A stretch of DNA of 64,000 bases. Origin: Tubulanus polymorphus (taxonomy: Eukaryota > Animalia > Nemertea). The translations under genes were made by a program, and so were the position numbers. The stretch spans positions 14,260,001 to 14,324,000 of the forward strand of contig NC_134025.1 of assembly GCF_964204645.1 (NCBI RefSeq), given 5' to 3'. This document shows positions 12,349 through 25,890 of the stretch, piece by piece; within the stretch, counting starts at the first letter, position 1, and every line of letters starts with the position of its first letter. The notes beneath the pieces were generated by a model. The model was not told the DNA's origin and did no database searches. It saw only the letters and a program-made list of their open reading frames with translations.

Positions 12349-13204
12349 ATGATACATCCACAAATATTGTATTAAGCTGTGTGACAAAACATCTTGAAAA
12401 GGTACCTTTCTGTAGAAGATCATCATAACTATTAGATATAATAGGTATCTTCAATCCATCTTTTAACAGTAGCTTGAAAGGATGACTGAAAATAGTTCAT
12501 AGTTCATCAACTTCGAAACACAATTTAAAGGGAATGGCCAATGTGTGTGATACTGACGTGTTTGGAGGCCAGAAAATGGGTTTACTTCATTTTATAGACA
12601 GTAGCCGGTACCGGTTGTAGTGTGCCGTATGGCGTAGGGCTAAAAAATATCACCAGTCCTTAGCGAAACTTTCATTTTTTCGTAGGCCTATCAACGTCAA
12701 ATCTTAACTTTCTCATACATATCTTTTGGGAGATATTTCCGATACGTTTTGAAGTTGTTGACATGATACATAAAGTAAGAATAATTGTCAAAAAGGAGTA
12801 GAATTTTTTTATACCTTTTCGAGCTGTGGACGATTCTGCCATTTCATTATAGAACACGCTAAAATCTGGAGACGGTTTTGGCTTCTGCGCCAGCCCCGGC
12901 CTGTGTGTCCGACACAGTAGAGCGGATAATGTGGCTTTGGATATTTGCGGATAATCGGCATTATTCGGCCTGGATAAATTTTTTTTTGTGTAGATAAGGA
13001 TGTGTTTGCCAGGATTTTACTGGTTTTTTAATCAAAACATCAACAGATTTAAGGCACGGATAGAAAAACCGTCCGTCACACATTCACCACGATTTCGACA
13101 TTGTTTACATGTGAATTAGTCAGGTTTTCTACGCCAGTAGAAATTCCGTTCATTCAGGATCCATAACGATTCCGTCGTAGAAACGGTGTCGATCCCTGAG
13201 ACGA

Positions 13205-13234
13205 GGGGGGTCAGGGTTCACATTGATAGCTGTA
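13205..13234 (-). mobile_element. Isolated TIR related to that of the 37537-47443 element
   Basis: Minus strand TACAGCTATCAATGTGAACCCTGACCCCCC versus TGCAGCGGTCAATGACAATCCTGTACCCCCC; flanked by TAA. Confidence 0.5.
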
Positions 13235-14597
13235 TAAGAATTAAGCAGAATGTGTAAGCTGGTGCCCCTTTAGTGTGAAAAATCAGCAAAATTGCCCTTT
13301 CTTCACCAATATCCGTATGACATTTGCCCTTTTCCAAACAAAAAGGGCCCCTATATTCTTAGCAAATAGACAAGACTGTTAATCTGCCCTTTCAGATAAA
13401 ATTTTCGCAAATAGTGCCCCTTTCTTTTACCTTCTCTGTCTGTTTAGTGCCCTCTTCCAAACCATAGGTGCCCCTTTAAAAGGCAACGTTTATGTCAAAA
13501 ATGTTGCTGAGAAATTTTGAAGGTTACTTTGAATTTTAGACTATAAGCCAATACGGCTAATACAGTCTGTATCCGCCCATGGAATGCATTGTTTGCCATT
13601 TTATGAAAAGCTGACAGGCTGGCCATAGTACCCCTTGGGGCTCTTGTTAAAACATCTTCTGGTTTGAATATTAGGGACTACAGGAACATTTTTGGAAAAA
13701 CTGATAAACATGTGTTCAGCAAAAGATATTCAGATATTGCCATACTGCCTTATTTCATACGAAAGATTGTTGACAAAATCTTTGCCCATTATCCCGCACT
13801 TATTACATTACATTGGAAATAGAGCCACAAATGGTCCAATTAACAACTTTTAAATGATTTCATACAACACCGGCAGTACACAATTCTAGAACTAAGGGTT
13901 AGCGTCGTCCAAAAGCTGTGATAGGTCTAGTAACTAGAGATGATTTGTAAGGATTTATTACCTCCGATGGCTCTCACATGGCGCTGATTCAGCACTGGCA
14001 TATTCCAATCACTTTCACTTAGATCATTGGTTCCAATGGCTTTCTGCCCAACTTAAAGGACATCAGTCTCCAGTCTCCATCCTAGATGTCGAAATGGTTT
14101 AAGAGCTCTTCTTTTCATTTGTCAAGTCATTTGCAAGTATGTTCAGTTACGATATTGATCTGAAAATGACAAGCAAAGCTAGAGCTGCAATCACAAGGAG
14201 ACAATTTGGCCTGGGATAATTCTGGCCTGGACCAGACTCGAGTTAAAGTTGGCTCATGCTAATTATGAGAGTGCTTAAATCACTCACTTCTGAAAATATG
14301 GATTTGTTGTGAGGTGAGAGTCACATAGCAGTTAACATTCACACAGAATAATTTTACCAAGTGTGTGGTCCAAATTTGGCTCGTGTCGAGCAGGCACGGT
14401 CCGATTTGGAACCAGTAAGGACAATTGGCACAATGTTGCCATGTATTTCATGTTAGAATTGAAATTTGCTCAGAGGGCTAATGAATATGCTATTATATCA
14501 AACTTCTGGGGGAAGGCCCTCAAACCGCATGCCATGTTTTCTTGCATAACATTTCTCACTTTATGATAGATGGAATTGGTCATATTATGTCTTTTAG

Positions 14598-14680
14598 CTA
14601 CGGAAGCCCATGATGATGATGGTTTACCTCATACATTGGAACATCTAATATTCTTGGGAAGTGAAGACTACCCTTTCAAG
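14598..14680 (+). CDS. Internal exon of M16 family zinc metallopeptidase (C05D11.1/Sdd3-like), carries HXXEH motif
   Basis: ttttag|CT ACG GAA...TTC AAG|gtaagc; translates (A)TEAHDDDGLPHTLEHLIFLGSEDYPFK. Phase 1 start, phase 0 end. Absent from ORF track. Confidence 0.93.
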
Positions 14681-16157
14681 GTAAGCAAGCAGCTATCGCT
14701 ATGCTACGTGTGCTTGGCTTGTCTTCAGTGATTATAGGTAGCAGCCACTCTTTGGACTCTCAACTATTTTTTTGAAATTACAAATGGTAAAAAAGCAGTT
14801 AACCATCATTTGTTAGTGGCTTTAGGCTGAATGGTTGCTGAGGATATTTAAAGTGAGTTTTTGTGCATCAGTCCTAGAATGTGAGAGCTAATCAAATTGT
14901 CCCTATCTCTGTGTTCAGCACGAGTAGAAGCTCAATGTTTACAAGAAAAGTAACTTTTAGGATCTGAAAGTGGTAATCACTATGCTTTTATTCGCAGAAA
15001 ACCCTATTGCTATTGCTTTGTATTATTACATATTTTTCTCATTCTTGTCACATAATTAGCGGCAACTCCTTATGTGCTGTATATTGCAATGACTTTGCAC
15101 TGAAATAAATTTCAAACACGCATTATCATCTTAAAATCTTCTGACAAAAGTTTTGCCCCAAGTCATAAGCTTGATTAATGATTCGTGTTTATGCAATTCT
15201 AAAAATTAACAAAAATTGCAGTCTTTTCACCGCGAGTGATTTTTAGCATTGGTTGACGTCTATGACGTCATGCCAATGCTAGTAAAATGGATCGAAAATA
15301 GTAGTACGAAAAAATAGCGCCGACTCTTCTCATTTTCATAGTAACTTCAAATTGTCACTCCGTTCACGTAAAACATTAGAAACAGCTGAAAATGACTAAA
15401 AAAAATGTTTCAATTATTCACCACAACATAGCGTCGCCAGATTTCTGATTTATTGGTCCAAAAAGTTATTCGATCGCATTTTTCTCGTTCATTATCTGGT
15501 AGATGAGAGCGGGTAAAACAATCGCGTAGCGATATGTCCGCATTGACATTGGCAGTAAAGAATGGGGAACAGCCTCTTCTGAATAGAAAAACATAAAATT
15601 ATGTACCTCCGGTTTATAAATATCACAGTGTTTGGATATCACTGTTATTCCAACTATCAGTATCCATGGGATTATTTGGGATTAATTCTCAGCGTCAGAA
15701 TAGGTATTTCTAGAGCAGTGGAATGGCAGCCTACTCGTGACTGAAACCTGTATGTGATCGTGCGGGAACGCCTTTACTAAAGTTAAAACCATTTCATGAT
15801 GACACGAAACATCAAACGGTAAACGGTAGGCTACCACCATGATACGATATCACCAATAAAGATAGATCATTTTATTCAATTTTACCAGAGTTGTTTATTG
15901 GAGGAAAGTATCATTGTTAAGAACGCCGAGAACAACCATGTTGTATCATCAATCAGTTGACTGCGCACTCATAAGGCGGTAGGACCTTCTTATACGCTCG
16001 GCAGAGATTCGCTTTGTAATGCGCGCTGGGAAAAATTACCTTTTATTATCTTTTCCATGCGTTAAACAACAGTGATTGAATTTACGTGTTGTTTGTCATA
16101 AATTGCAATATTGCGATGGTTATTTGCCGCTGCTGTAGTTTTTTGGAATTGAATCGA

Positions 16158-16368
16158 GCGGCCTCGGTAGCTCAGTGAGATAAGGCGTGCTGCTGTTGAA
16201 TCCACTATCAATGCTGAGTGACAAGTGGGTTCGAGTCCTGCTGGCTGCGAACAGTGTGCGGGCAACACTTCAAAGACCGTACTGTCGTGAGGTTAAATGA
16301 ACAATCCAATAGGAATAGTCTTGGGAAACCAAGATCCAAACGACGTACGTAAAGCCAAACAAACAATC
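16158..16368 (+). mobile_element. tRNA-derived SINE (or tRNA pseudogene plus tail)
   Basis: A box TAGCTCAGTGAG, B box GGTTCGAGTCC, acceptor-like stem GCGGCC/GGCTGC, then a body ending CGTAAAGCCAAACAAACAA. Confidence 0.65.
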
Positions 16369-19300
16369 ATCGGCCTCAGTGACACCAACGCCGGCATCGC
16401 TCTCTGCAACGTCTTGCATAGGTACATGCATCAGAGCTTGGAGCTCTAAGATCAGAGGGTCTTGCAATTGCATTCAGAAAAATCGTTCTGTTTTTGTTTT
16501 CATTATTCAGTGGGGCCTAACAGTTCATGCGTAAAAATGGGTTTTTGTATCCAAATCTTTATTGATATAAATATCTTGGCTGGGACATGATGGAAAACAT
16601 CAGAATAAACTAGTTTCGTCTTTTTAACAGAATCGTATTAATGAGGTTTAACAGTACAATTAGCCTAGGCTAAATCGTTCGGCAGAAAATAAATTCATTT
16701 TCAGAAATAAAATCGTACTAGACAAATAGACCTTAAAGTCTGTGGTCCTCCCAATCAACATCGTCATAGAAGATTTGCCGGCAGATGTAAAACATTATAA
16801 CCACTTAATACCACAGTATAATCTACAAATGCTTCAAGGCCCATGGGCCTCTTGTTATCCTATAACATGGTGGTTTTTGTCCTGTAACATGTACACGTCA
16901 GACGTGTAAATGTAAATGTGATACATGTCAAGGCACCTTTGATCAAGGAACACGCATCTAATAGGCACATCGGAACCAAACATTGGTTGGATAGGCCCGA
17001 CTATGATTATTGAAGGTAAAATTGCGCATGTTCAACATGTGAATGTAAAAAAAAATCATTAATATACTATAATGTAAATTTCATATTTTCTTAGTGTACA
17101 GTTTGTTGCTATTTGCCTGTGAATTATTAATTAGCCTGTTATTTATCTGTCTGTCTCACCTCATTCATTGTCTTTGTCTCACCATGACTCTGTCCTGCTC
17201 AAACTGTTCTATCTGTTGCACCTATGAAAAACTTGTCATGTCTCGTCACCTGACAACCTTTGTTAGTTTTGCACTCATCAATTATTCTTGTACATATAAT
17301 TATAGCCGAAAATAAAACACTGTAGTAGTATAGTAGTTTAGTAGTCAAAGAATATATGTCTTAGCTGAAAGCAAGCATACATCTCTTGGAGTTCCAAGTT
17401 GGAAATAAACTACGATACGCAATTTAGAGCAACTCTTCTTGTCTCTGAACTTTCCAAACCTGCTTTAGGTTTCAGACGACAATGAACGAAGCCATCGTCT
17501 AAGCGCCGCGATTGGTCTTATAATAGATAGACGAAATATTGGGGCGACCTATTTATTCAGCGTATGAATCTCTGTGAAGTGTCTTAGAGAAAGCCTCCGC
17601 CGCCAAGTGCGCCCGGGCTGAATATTTTTAAATGCACGCTGATTGGCTAAATGAACAAATCTGTTGAAATTATCTAACAAACTTTATTTTATTTTCATAC
17701 ACAGTGTATGTAATAAATGAAATCGTTCAGCATCGTTGTACGGAAGATGTCTTTTTGAGTCATTGGGGAAATCCAAATACCACGTATATTCTTTTGATTA
17801 TGATACTAAGTCGACAGCGTATTCGCGTAAAGGTGACGCAGGGAGTGGAAAGGATTTCAGTCTTAGATTCCTTCGTTGGGGTTCTAGGGACGATGAGTCG
17901 TGTGATTATTACATCTTATCGTAGAACTCATAAGTTCTATGATGTAATGTGTGTTGAGATCGTTTCATTTGACGGATTTTCATAAAAATTTCTGGGAAAA
18001 TTTCTTGGTTCAAGCGGAGATAGGCTTCTAACTACTTGAGGCATGGATCCCCCTCTGAAATTCTGCCGAAGCACCGCGGTGAAAAAAGGTGATTTTTATC
18101 ATTCATATATAATTTTGAAAAAAAGCAATCTTTATTTTGATATTTCCGTGTGTGCGCTGTGCGGGAAATCTATATTTAGAAGCTGCGGTCACATGCTTCA
18201 ATTCATCCAACAAAGCATAGGCTACGCGGTTCCTGAACTTCGCTGAAAAAGCTGAAACACTGAAACGCTGAATCGCTGAAATAAAAACGCTGAAATTTCA
18301 GGGAATTTCCGAAAAACGCCGAAATATCAGGGAATTCCCGAAAAACGCCGAAATCGTGCTAGGTACCGACAATACACGTTTTGAAATAATTTCCGGGCCG
18401 GTGTCCGCTGCCGAGTCTTGAACCGTCTTTTAGTCTCCACCTTCGGTTACAGAGACATGCATGGGCAGTATGTGTGGAGTATACTTCTAGAGGGCCACTT
18501 GTTGGACAAATTGATTCGCTTGGAATCCGGATTTTTAATGCATACAGGCAGCATGATGAGGAAAACCCATTCACAAACCGTGCAAGCCAACTTAAACACT
18601 ATGCTCAATATTCCAAGAATATGGTTTACTTTTGCAAGACGTATCGTTCATGTATAAATCAGGATTATAAGCAACTTTTCTTTTGTCAACACGTTGATGG
18701 GCGACGGACTATAGTATTCTCTGAAGGAGGTAAATTAAATTTGACAGCTAGTTATATAAATGATGCAGCTTTTGGACAAAAGGGATCTAACTAAATTTCT
18801 TTTTAATTCACCGTGGAATGGAATGGATTGACGCCAATGACATGCAGTAGGCCCCTACTTATAGGTCATACTAATTTGCGTCAACCAATTAATCTAAATC
18901 GGGCAAACCATTCAACAACTGTAATTTATTTGCTGTGTTGTGATAATAATAGGTTTTTTTTTTTTTAAATGACATACCAACTGTTAGAAAAATGTACCGA
19001 TTCTTATTTTTAGACTACTACGGTATCTATAAAAGGAGGAGTCATAGACAAAGTTGATTTGCTCAGCTGGACACACTTCTTGTCAAGTACATCATCTCAA
19101 GTATTGGGTGTTTTGTAAGTTTGATTTCAGTATTTATTTACAAAGTGCTGTTCCCTCGGACCTTAGTGCTTTCAAACTAGGCCCACCCCATAGGCTATAT
19201 CTCCAGGGTGTATTAGCCACTATTCTTTTATTTCCTACTTTAAATGCACTATTTTTCTATTTTTAGACTCGGGCTAAGAATGTGCAAATTTGAGATACTG

Positions 19301-20859
19301 AGAAATCAGATGGCACTAGTTAACTTGAACTGCGAAATTTGCAGCAGGATAGCTGAACGACACAATTTTTAAAAACAAAATGGCTATTTGAATGCTATTT
19401 CAGTAATAACTTGATTCAACCAGAGAGAAATAAGTCAATTCGGGATGTACAGTATACCCACTTTACTTCCCCGTTTTCCTGGTACCAAATTTTTTATCTT
19501 AAGCTAAGCAATATTCTAAGGTATGCTAGTGAATTTCATTAGAATATAAAGCAATGGAACCAGAATTCAAGCCCGAGTTAAGCGAACTATTGATTCTGAT
19601 GTAATGTAAGAACTGATTTCTTTTGTGTTCTCTTGTAGAATGTGTTAAGTATTATTTTAAGCTGTTAAATAATATAATTAGACAAACGTCAAATTATTGG
19701 ATCTTTCTTGTTGACTCGTTTAATTTTGTGAGTTTAGAGTTCCAGTCAATCCACAATGTGCAGTGCCTAGCCTTCATCTATTCATCTAGTACTAAAGCCA
19801 AGCCTGTGTATGGGAAAACGTTGTTCGACTCTCATAAGCCAGACAAATCAAAACATGCAATACATTGCAGATAGTAGTCTCCAGCAAGTAGACAGAGAAA
19901 GTAAACCAGGTTTTACCCCGTCCCCTACCCGGCATCTTCACCTGTCAAGGGATTCAAACCCACTACACTAAAGCTGTTCTCCGAACCGCTTGACCTCACG
20001 AGTCGTTACTAGCCGACCAGAATCAGGTCGCCCCAATCACAGCGCTTGTTACAAATGACATTTGGCATCTATGGAATTTCCCGGTAAATGGACCAATCAG
20101 CGAACACGTAGCGAAAACGGAAGTATTGTCGCGTGTTGATATATGACGTCATTCGCTAAAACGCCGGTAATGAAATCGCGCGTCGTGAGGCCAGGGGGCA
20201 GGTGGGAGCGATACTGGTCTCCTGGCAAGCGAGGATGCCTACCCGGGAACGAAAGACACTCCAAGACTCCTTCCTTGTAGAGATTGTAGAAATATGGCAC
20301 CCAATCGTAGTAATGCTGAGTACAGTATACTATGACGGTTGAACCTTTATTCACACCGAAATAGAATCAAAGTAGTCATAAGTTCCATGCTAGCACTTAA
20401 TTTGGGTTATCAGGTTCAGCCTTACTAGCTGTACTTTCATTCAGCTACTACTTTTGTATGAGACTTGGCAATGATAAGTTGGAAGAAATCACCAAACATA
20501 AGAAAAAATATTGAGAATTAATATTACTGTAATTACCTTTTCGAGACTGCTTGCTTAGCCAGCAGTGGTTAGCCTAATACTTTTATTTCAAATTTTTCCG
20601 TGTTTTTTAAATGCCTCTGTTTTCATCCCTGATGCCACAGCCATTCATTTTTTTAGACTTAACTGGCACCAAAATATATCGGGTGGCTAAGGCACGCTCA
20701 GTGCCAATGACTGACGAGTCATTGATAAGCTCACCAATCACTGCTGGCAGGCTGAACAATGGGATACTTATTACGTGTCACATTTTCAATTGTTTTTGGT
20801 TTACCTTCGTCAGCGATATGGAGTTGGCGTTGAGCTAATTCATGTAAAATCGCGGTACG

Positions 20860-22132
20860 TTTAGCCCACTTGGGACTTTAGTCCCAGCGGGCTATTGCGT
20901 TCACTTTTCGTCCGTCGTCTGTGTCCGTCCATCCGTCCGTAGACGGAATCCAGTTATTTTGGGAAGTTTTGAAGACGCTTCAAGGTAACGTCTTGATATT
21001 TGGGTTACACGTGTATCTACCCTAGACACATCTTCAGCCCAAAAACTGGCCCTGTCAGAATCAAGATGGCTGACTGGCAGCCATTGTTGTTCGCCAAAAT
21101 CAGCACTTTTTACACATTTTTAAACTTTTTGAGGGAAATTTTGAAGACGCTTCGATCAATTACCTTGATCTTTCGGGTATATATGAATCCCCCCAGGGCC
21201 CATCAATGAAACAAAAATTGGGTCGGTCGGACTCAAAATGGCCGTCCTATGACCTTTTTAGTTCCCAAAAATGTTAATTTTTGCCCGAATTCTGAGTCCT
21301 ATAGCTTCCTACTGGTTTACCATTTCTCATTGCAATTTGTGATGGGTATTCTTTGGAAAGGGATGTTTTATACCTGAGACAGGTATTTTTCATCAGCCAA
21401 TTATTAGGCAATTGGCGGCCATCTTGGTGTCACCAGTACTCATTCGTAAGTGGGAAAAAGTTTTTCCACATTATATTGATACCTAAGCGTATTTTGCTAC
21501 CACAATCAATTAGAAAGTTGTAGCTCATAACGTGTTCTATCATTGTGGTGAGTTTCAAGGTAATTGGATTTCGTATATGGCCACCAGGGGGCGTTGAATA
21601 ATACAATATCTTAGCATTTCTTTATTATATTCGTACCTATGCATATTCTGTAACCACAATCAATAAGAAAGTTGTAGCTCATGACATCATCTATGATTGT
21701 TGCGAGTTTTAAGGACATTAGTTTTTCTATATGGTCACCAGGGGGCGTTGAATAGTAGAATAACTTAGTATTTCCTTATTATATTGGTACCTAGGCATAT
21801 TTTGTTACCATGATCAATTGCAAAGTTGTAGTTCATGACATGTTCTATGATTGTGGTGAGTTTCGAGGTCATTGGGTTTTGAATATAGTCACCAGGGGGC
21901 GTTGAATAGTAGAATGACTTAGTATATCCATATTAAATTGGTAACGAGGCATATTTGTTATCACAATCAATTTCAAAATCGTAGCTGCTGACATGTTCTA
22001 TGATTTTGGTGAGTTTCAAGGTCGTTGGTTTTTGTAAATGGTCACCAGGGGGCGTTGAATATTGAAATTGTTAGATTGTTGAGCATTTGAAACCATTTCC
22101 CAAGTGGGCATGGTGTCCCTGGACCCCTAGTT
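20860..22132 (+). mobile_element. HINE-like family A, full-length copy
   Basis: Near-identical to 1031-2301 from TTAGCCCACTTGGG to GGACCCCTAGTT. Confidence 0.85.
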
Positions 22133-22529
22133 TATGTGAGCATTTGTTTCATTGGTTCTCGGCTTAAACGACGTATAATCGATGCGATTGAAGACATTGC
22201 GAACCTCCGTCGATGACATGGTCAACTTCGTTAAAATTCTACGAAAAACTGTTTTTGCGGGAAAATTCTTAGCTCTTGCGTATAAAATTGCAATGACCTC
22301 GATTGGGAGGTGTGGTCTCTACGTGCGAATGTGATTGGCTGTTTTTGGAATTTACTGGGAATTCCGGCGCTACTAAAATGATTATGGAAAAGCCATAGAA
22401 TGGCGAACTTTTCATTAGACTAGGTGCCGTATATGTGCGAATTTCAAATGCTCATTGCTGGTGATAATGTAATTATTATCCGCCATAGGTATTGTTTCAT
22501 TTTAATATCCGGTGATTGATTTGATTGAC

Positions 22530-23200
22530 ATTGAAGTGTAAGCCAACATTTACTTACACAAGGCCTCCATGTGCGCCCGGAAATCATTAGATTAGACTGT
22601 TGCACAAACAAACACACGCGCGTACAGTAAACACTACTATAGTGATACTGTAACGCTGCTTGCTGGCGCATTTGACATTTAATCAGCAGAAGATGAGCGC
22701 TGTGTTTTCTGTTTGATAGAATGTGTAATAAATTGTAATTTCTTGTGACCTAAAAATACTTAGCAGCAAACTATAGGTATAGGTCGAGGTCTGAATATTG
22801 TAGTGGTAAATTCCAGGATTTAAAAGATCTAATACGCCGATTTCTTACTGCACCGGTATTTTAGCTTCCGTGGCCATACATTCAGCCACCTTCAGATATG
22901 TGACATCATATGTATTTTATTTGAATGTTTTTTCATATTATGAAAAATATTTCTTTGAAAATATAAAATAGTTTCCATGCCGCGCCTACCTGTGCCCTAC
23001 GAAATTTTTGGTGTGGACCGTAAACAAATGTATATCTTTGGTCTTCTGACTATAAAATAATCCTTTAAGAAAATTAAAATAGAATATTTAAACTTGTAGA
23101 ACTTTGAAGTCACGAATTAAAAAGATTTTTCAAGCAATGCCCTTACCCCAAACAACCTCTAGCTTTCAAGGTAAACCACTTTGCCCATGGGCAATTTATT
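22530..23200. repeat. Dispersed repeat, second copy at about 54500-54586 plus 56110-56645
   Basis: Shared TCAGCAGAAGATGAGCG...AAAATACTTAGCAGCAAACTATAGGTAT...GGTAAACCAC..TTTGCCCAT. Confidence 0.8.
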
Positions 23201-23399
23201 AAGAAAGGGACCATGGATGTGGCTACGATTTACGAAGTATGAATTATCCCATGGAAATAAAAGGGAGTAACGAAGGAAAAATCCTTACCTTTCATTTTTA
23301 TGCGAATTTACTGAAGACGAATTAAGCGAGGTTCTCAGCAGTACTGCTCATTATATAGTAATATTATATCAATAAATATATATATATTAAACCAAATTA

Positions 23400-23985
23400 G
23401 ATCCCGATGTTTTGAAAAATTATAGGCCTGGATCGAATCTTCCTTTTGCTTCAAAGCTTATTGAAAGATTTGCAGCTGAGCAGCTACACCAGCACTTATC
23501 TATAGTTGTATTCATTATACAATAAAGGTCAGTCTGCTTACAGAGCATTTCACAGCGCAGATACAGCTCTTTTACGTGTAACTAGCGACATTCTACAAGC
23601 CCTCGACAAGAGGGATCATGCTGTTATGGTACTTTTGGCCCTTAGCGCTGCTTTTGATACCATTAATCATGATATCTTAGTAAGTCATCGTGAATACCAT
23701 TTCAGAGTCAAAGGAACCATGTAAGAATGTTAGAATAGGTTTAAATCCTATCTTAAAAACCGAAAACAATAAGTTATTTTAGATGGTTAACTAGGCACTA
23801 TATCAGATCTTTTATGTGGTGTCCCGCAAGGCTCAGTCTTGGGACCAATCTTACACGGCTCCACTTGCAGATGTTATTGTAAAGCATGGTCTGGATCATA
23901 TGATGTTTGCTGACGATACACAATTATACATCGTTTGTAAATAGCCCAATTCTGTTTTATGTAAGATTGAATCCTGTATTGCAGT
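23400..23985 (+). pseudogene. L2/CR1-clade LINE RT fragment
   Basis: DPDVLKNYRP.SNLPFASKLIE, QSAYRAFHS.DTALLRV, LSAAFDTINHDIL, GVPQGSVLGP, FADDTQLY, with stops. Confidence 0.9.
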
Positions 23986-24639
23986 CATTTTATTGACGTT
24001 CGCATTGGCAATCCGTTTTGGAGCCTGATTATTAGCATTACTTCGTTAACTGCGGCACAGGGATGAGCGTTCGCGTTGAAAACATTCGTGTACATAGGCA
24101 ATATAGCCTTATAATCTCGTGTTAACTGCGTCTATGTATCAGTTATAGAGTACACGCGCCTCAATGATTTGTCTGAGTGAAGATGTTAGCTACTTAAAGC
24201 AATCCTATCATGATATTATTAAAAACCATGTCAGATAAACCTTGTTGCGTCAGTAACCGGCACTAGCCTCAAAATTGAAGAACTTGGGAGCTTTTGTCCT
24301 GATTGGTCCGTATATGATAATGAAAAATCTCTGATGAAACCCAGGCTCTCACCAAGTGTCACTAGTTTTATTTTTTTTACGTCATTCAAGGGATGTATCA
24401 AAATTATGAACATTTGTTCAGACAAAAGGCCCATAATCAATTTTTCGAAGATTTCATCCTCGTTAAAAGTCAGTTATTAAAAGTTCACACTGACCTAAAT
24501 TGATTTCTTTTTATATATTTTTTTCTTGTTTAAATTTCATGAAATGAATTTTTGCATCCCGGTAGCCTACGTGACAGATTACCTGACGGATTTTTTACTC
24601 CACACCAGTTTGGCAAGCCACTTGACCATTGGTCCTTTA

Positions 24640-25890
24640 ATTTTAGTTCGATGGCCTACACATTAGGAATATCATCCCAAATCGTATCAGTATACTCAAA
24701 GATAGGCCTCAAATATGATTTGTCGATGATTTCTAATTATTTATGATCAAATCTATATTTCAATTGTCTGACCATATTTAATCTAGAGAGATATTTTCAT
24801 CACATGAGCCTTCTGAATTGTAAATGATACCCAGGTGCTTATGGCTTTTGACTTCAATTTGAACATTATAAAAAAGAAGAAAAAGCATGGTTGGCTGTCG
24901 ACGTCGACTGATGATAATATATTTTGTTTTAGTAGCATTAAAATCAACTAGCCATTTAGATGACCTCGGGTTGATTCTATCTAAATCGTTTTGAATAACT
25001 GGAAGTACAGAAGGCAGATTTCGGGATGATTCGATCATACAAGTGTCATCAGCAAAAAGTCTAAGAGGGGTAACAGTTATCCTGGATATGTCATTGAAAA
25101 ATAGCGAAAATAGTAATGGACCTAATTTTAAGCCTTGGGGTACTCCCGAGTAAATATGCGCCCATTTTGCGTGGGACCCTGCTATTACTACTCGCTGCTT
25201 GCGATCAGATGAATAATTTGAAATCCTTCTAAGAATGATTCCGTCGAAACCATGCTAGGTTTTAAGTTTAAAGATTAGCCCTGTATGCCATACACGGTCG
25301 AAAGCTTTGGCAATATAAAAATTGCTAGATATTCTTCACGAGAGTCAAGTGATTCCTGGATCTTATGATATAGCTCGAGCAATTGAGTTGCTGTTGAATT
25401 GCCAGGAAGAAAGCCTGACTGATTTGGAGAAATCATTTAAAATATGATTGAAAGTGAAGGTGCATATAATCTTTTCAAATACTTTATTTACACAGCTCAA
25501 AATTGATATCGCTCTATAATTACTAGGAGAGCTTCGATCGCCTTTTTTTGAAGATGGATGTGACATTGGCAAGTTTCCATTTACTCGGGAATGTACCCGT
25601 TTCAAAGACGTATTAAAGATGTAACGTAAATATGGCACCAGGATATATACTGCTAGCTTTAGAAACTGTGGACTAATTTGATCATAGCCTATGGCTTTAG
25701 TTATGTCTAGTGATATAACAGCCTTTTAATGTCGTTAAGTGTTATAGTATAATCAGTGAGTAATCTATGATTGGTTGGTTCATCAGGTAATTGAACATTG
25801 TTGTTGTTAGTCATAATACTAGCAAAGTAGTCATTTAGGAGGACATTTGCCTTTTCATAGTCATCATAAACAAGTGTATCATAAACAAAA
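24640..25890 (-). pseudogene. CR1-like LINE ORF2 fragment
   Basis: EKANVLLNDYFAS, NYRAISILSCVNKVFEK, AKAFDRVW, GVPQGLKLGPLLF, LFADDTC, WLVDFNATKTK, HKHLGI; multiple frameshifts. Confidence 0.9.

Noticed and set aside
16158-16250. Functional tRNA gene
   Set aside because: A and B boxes are present but I cannot fold a convincing anticodon arm, and a SINE-like tail follows instead of a T-run terminator.
18400-18800. ORF 18474-18794 as a host exon or hAT transposase tail
   Set aside because: No recognisable motif and no splice phase fitting the M16 gene; the exons at 14680 and 35997 already join without a gap.
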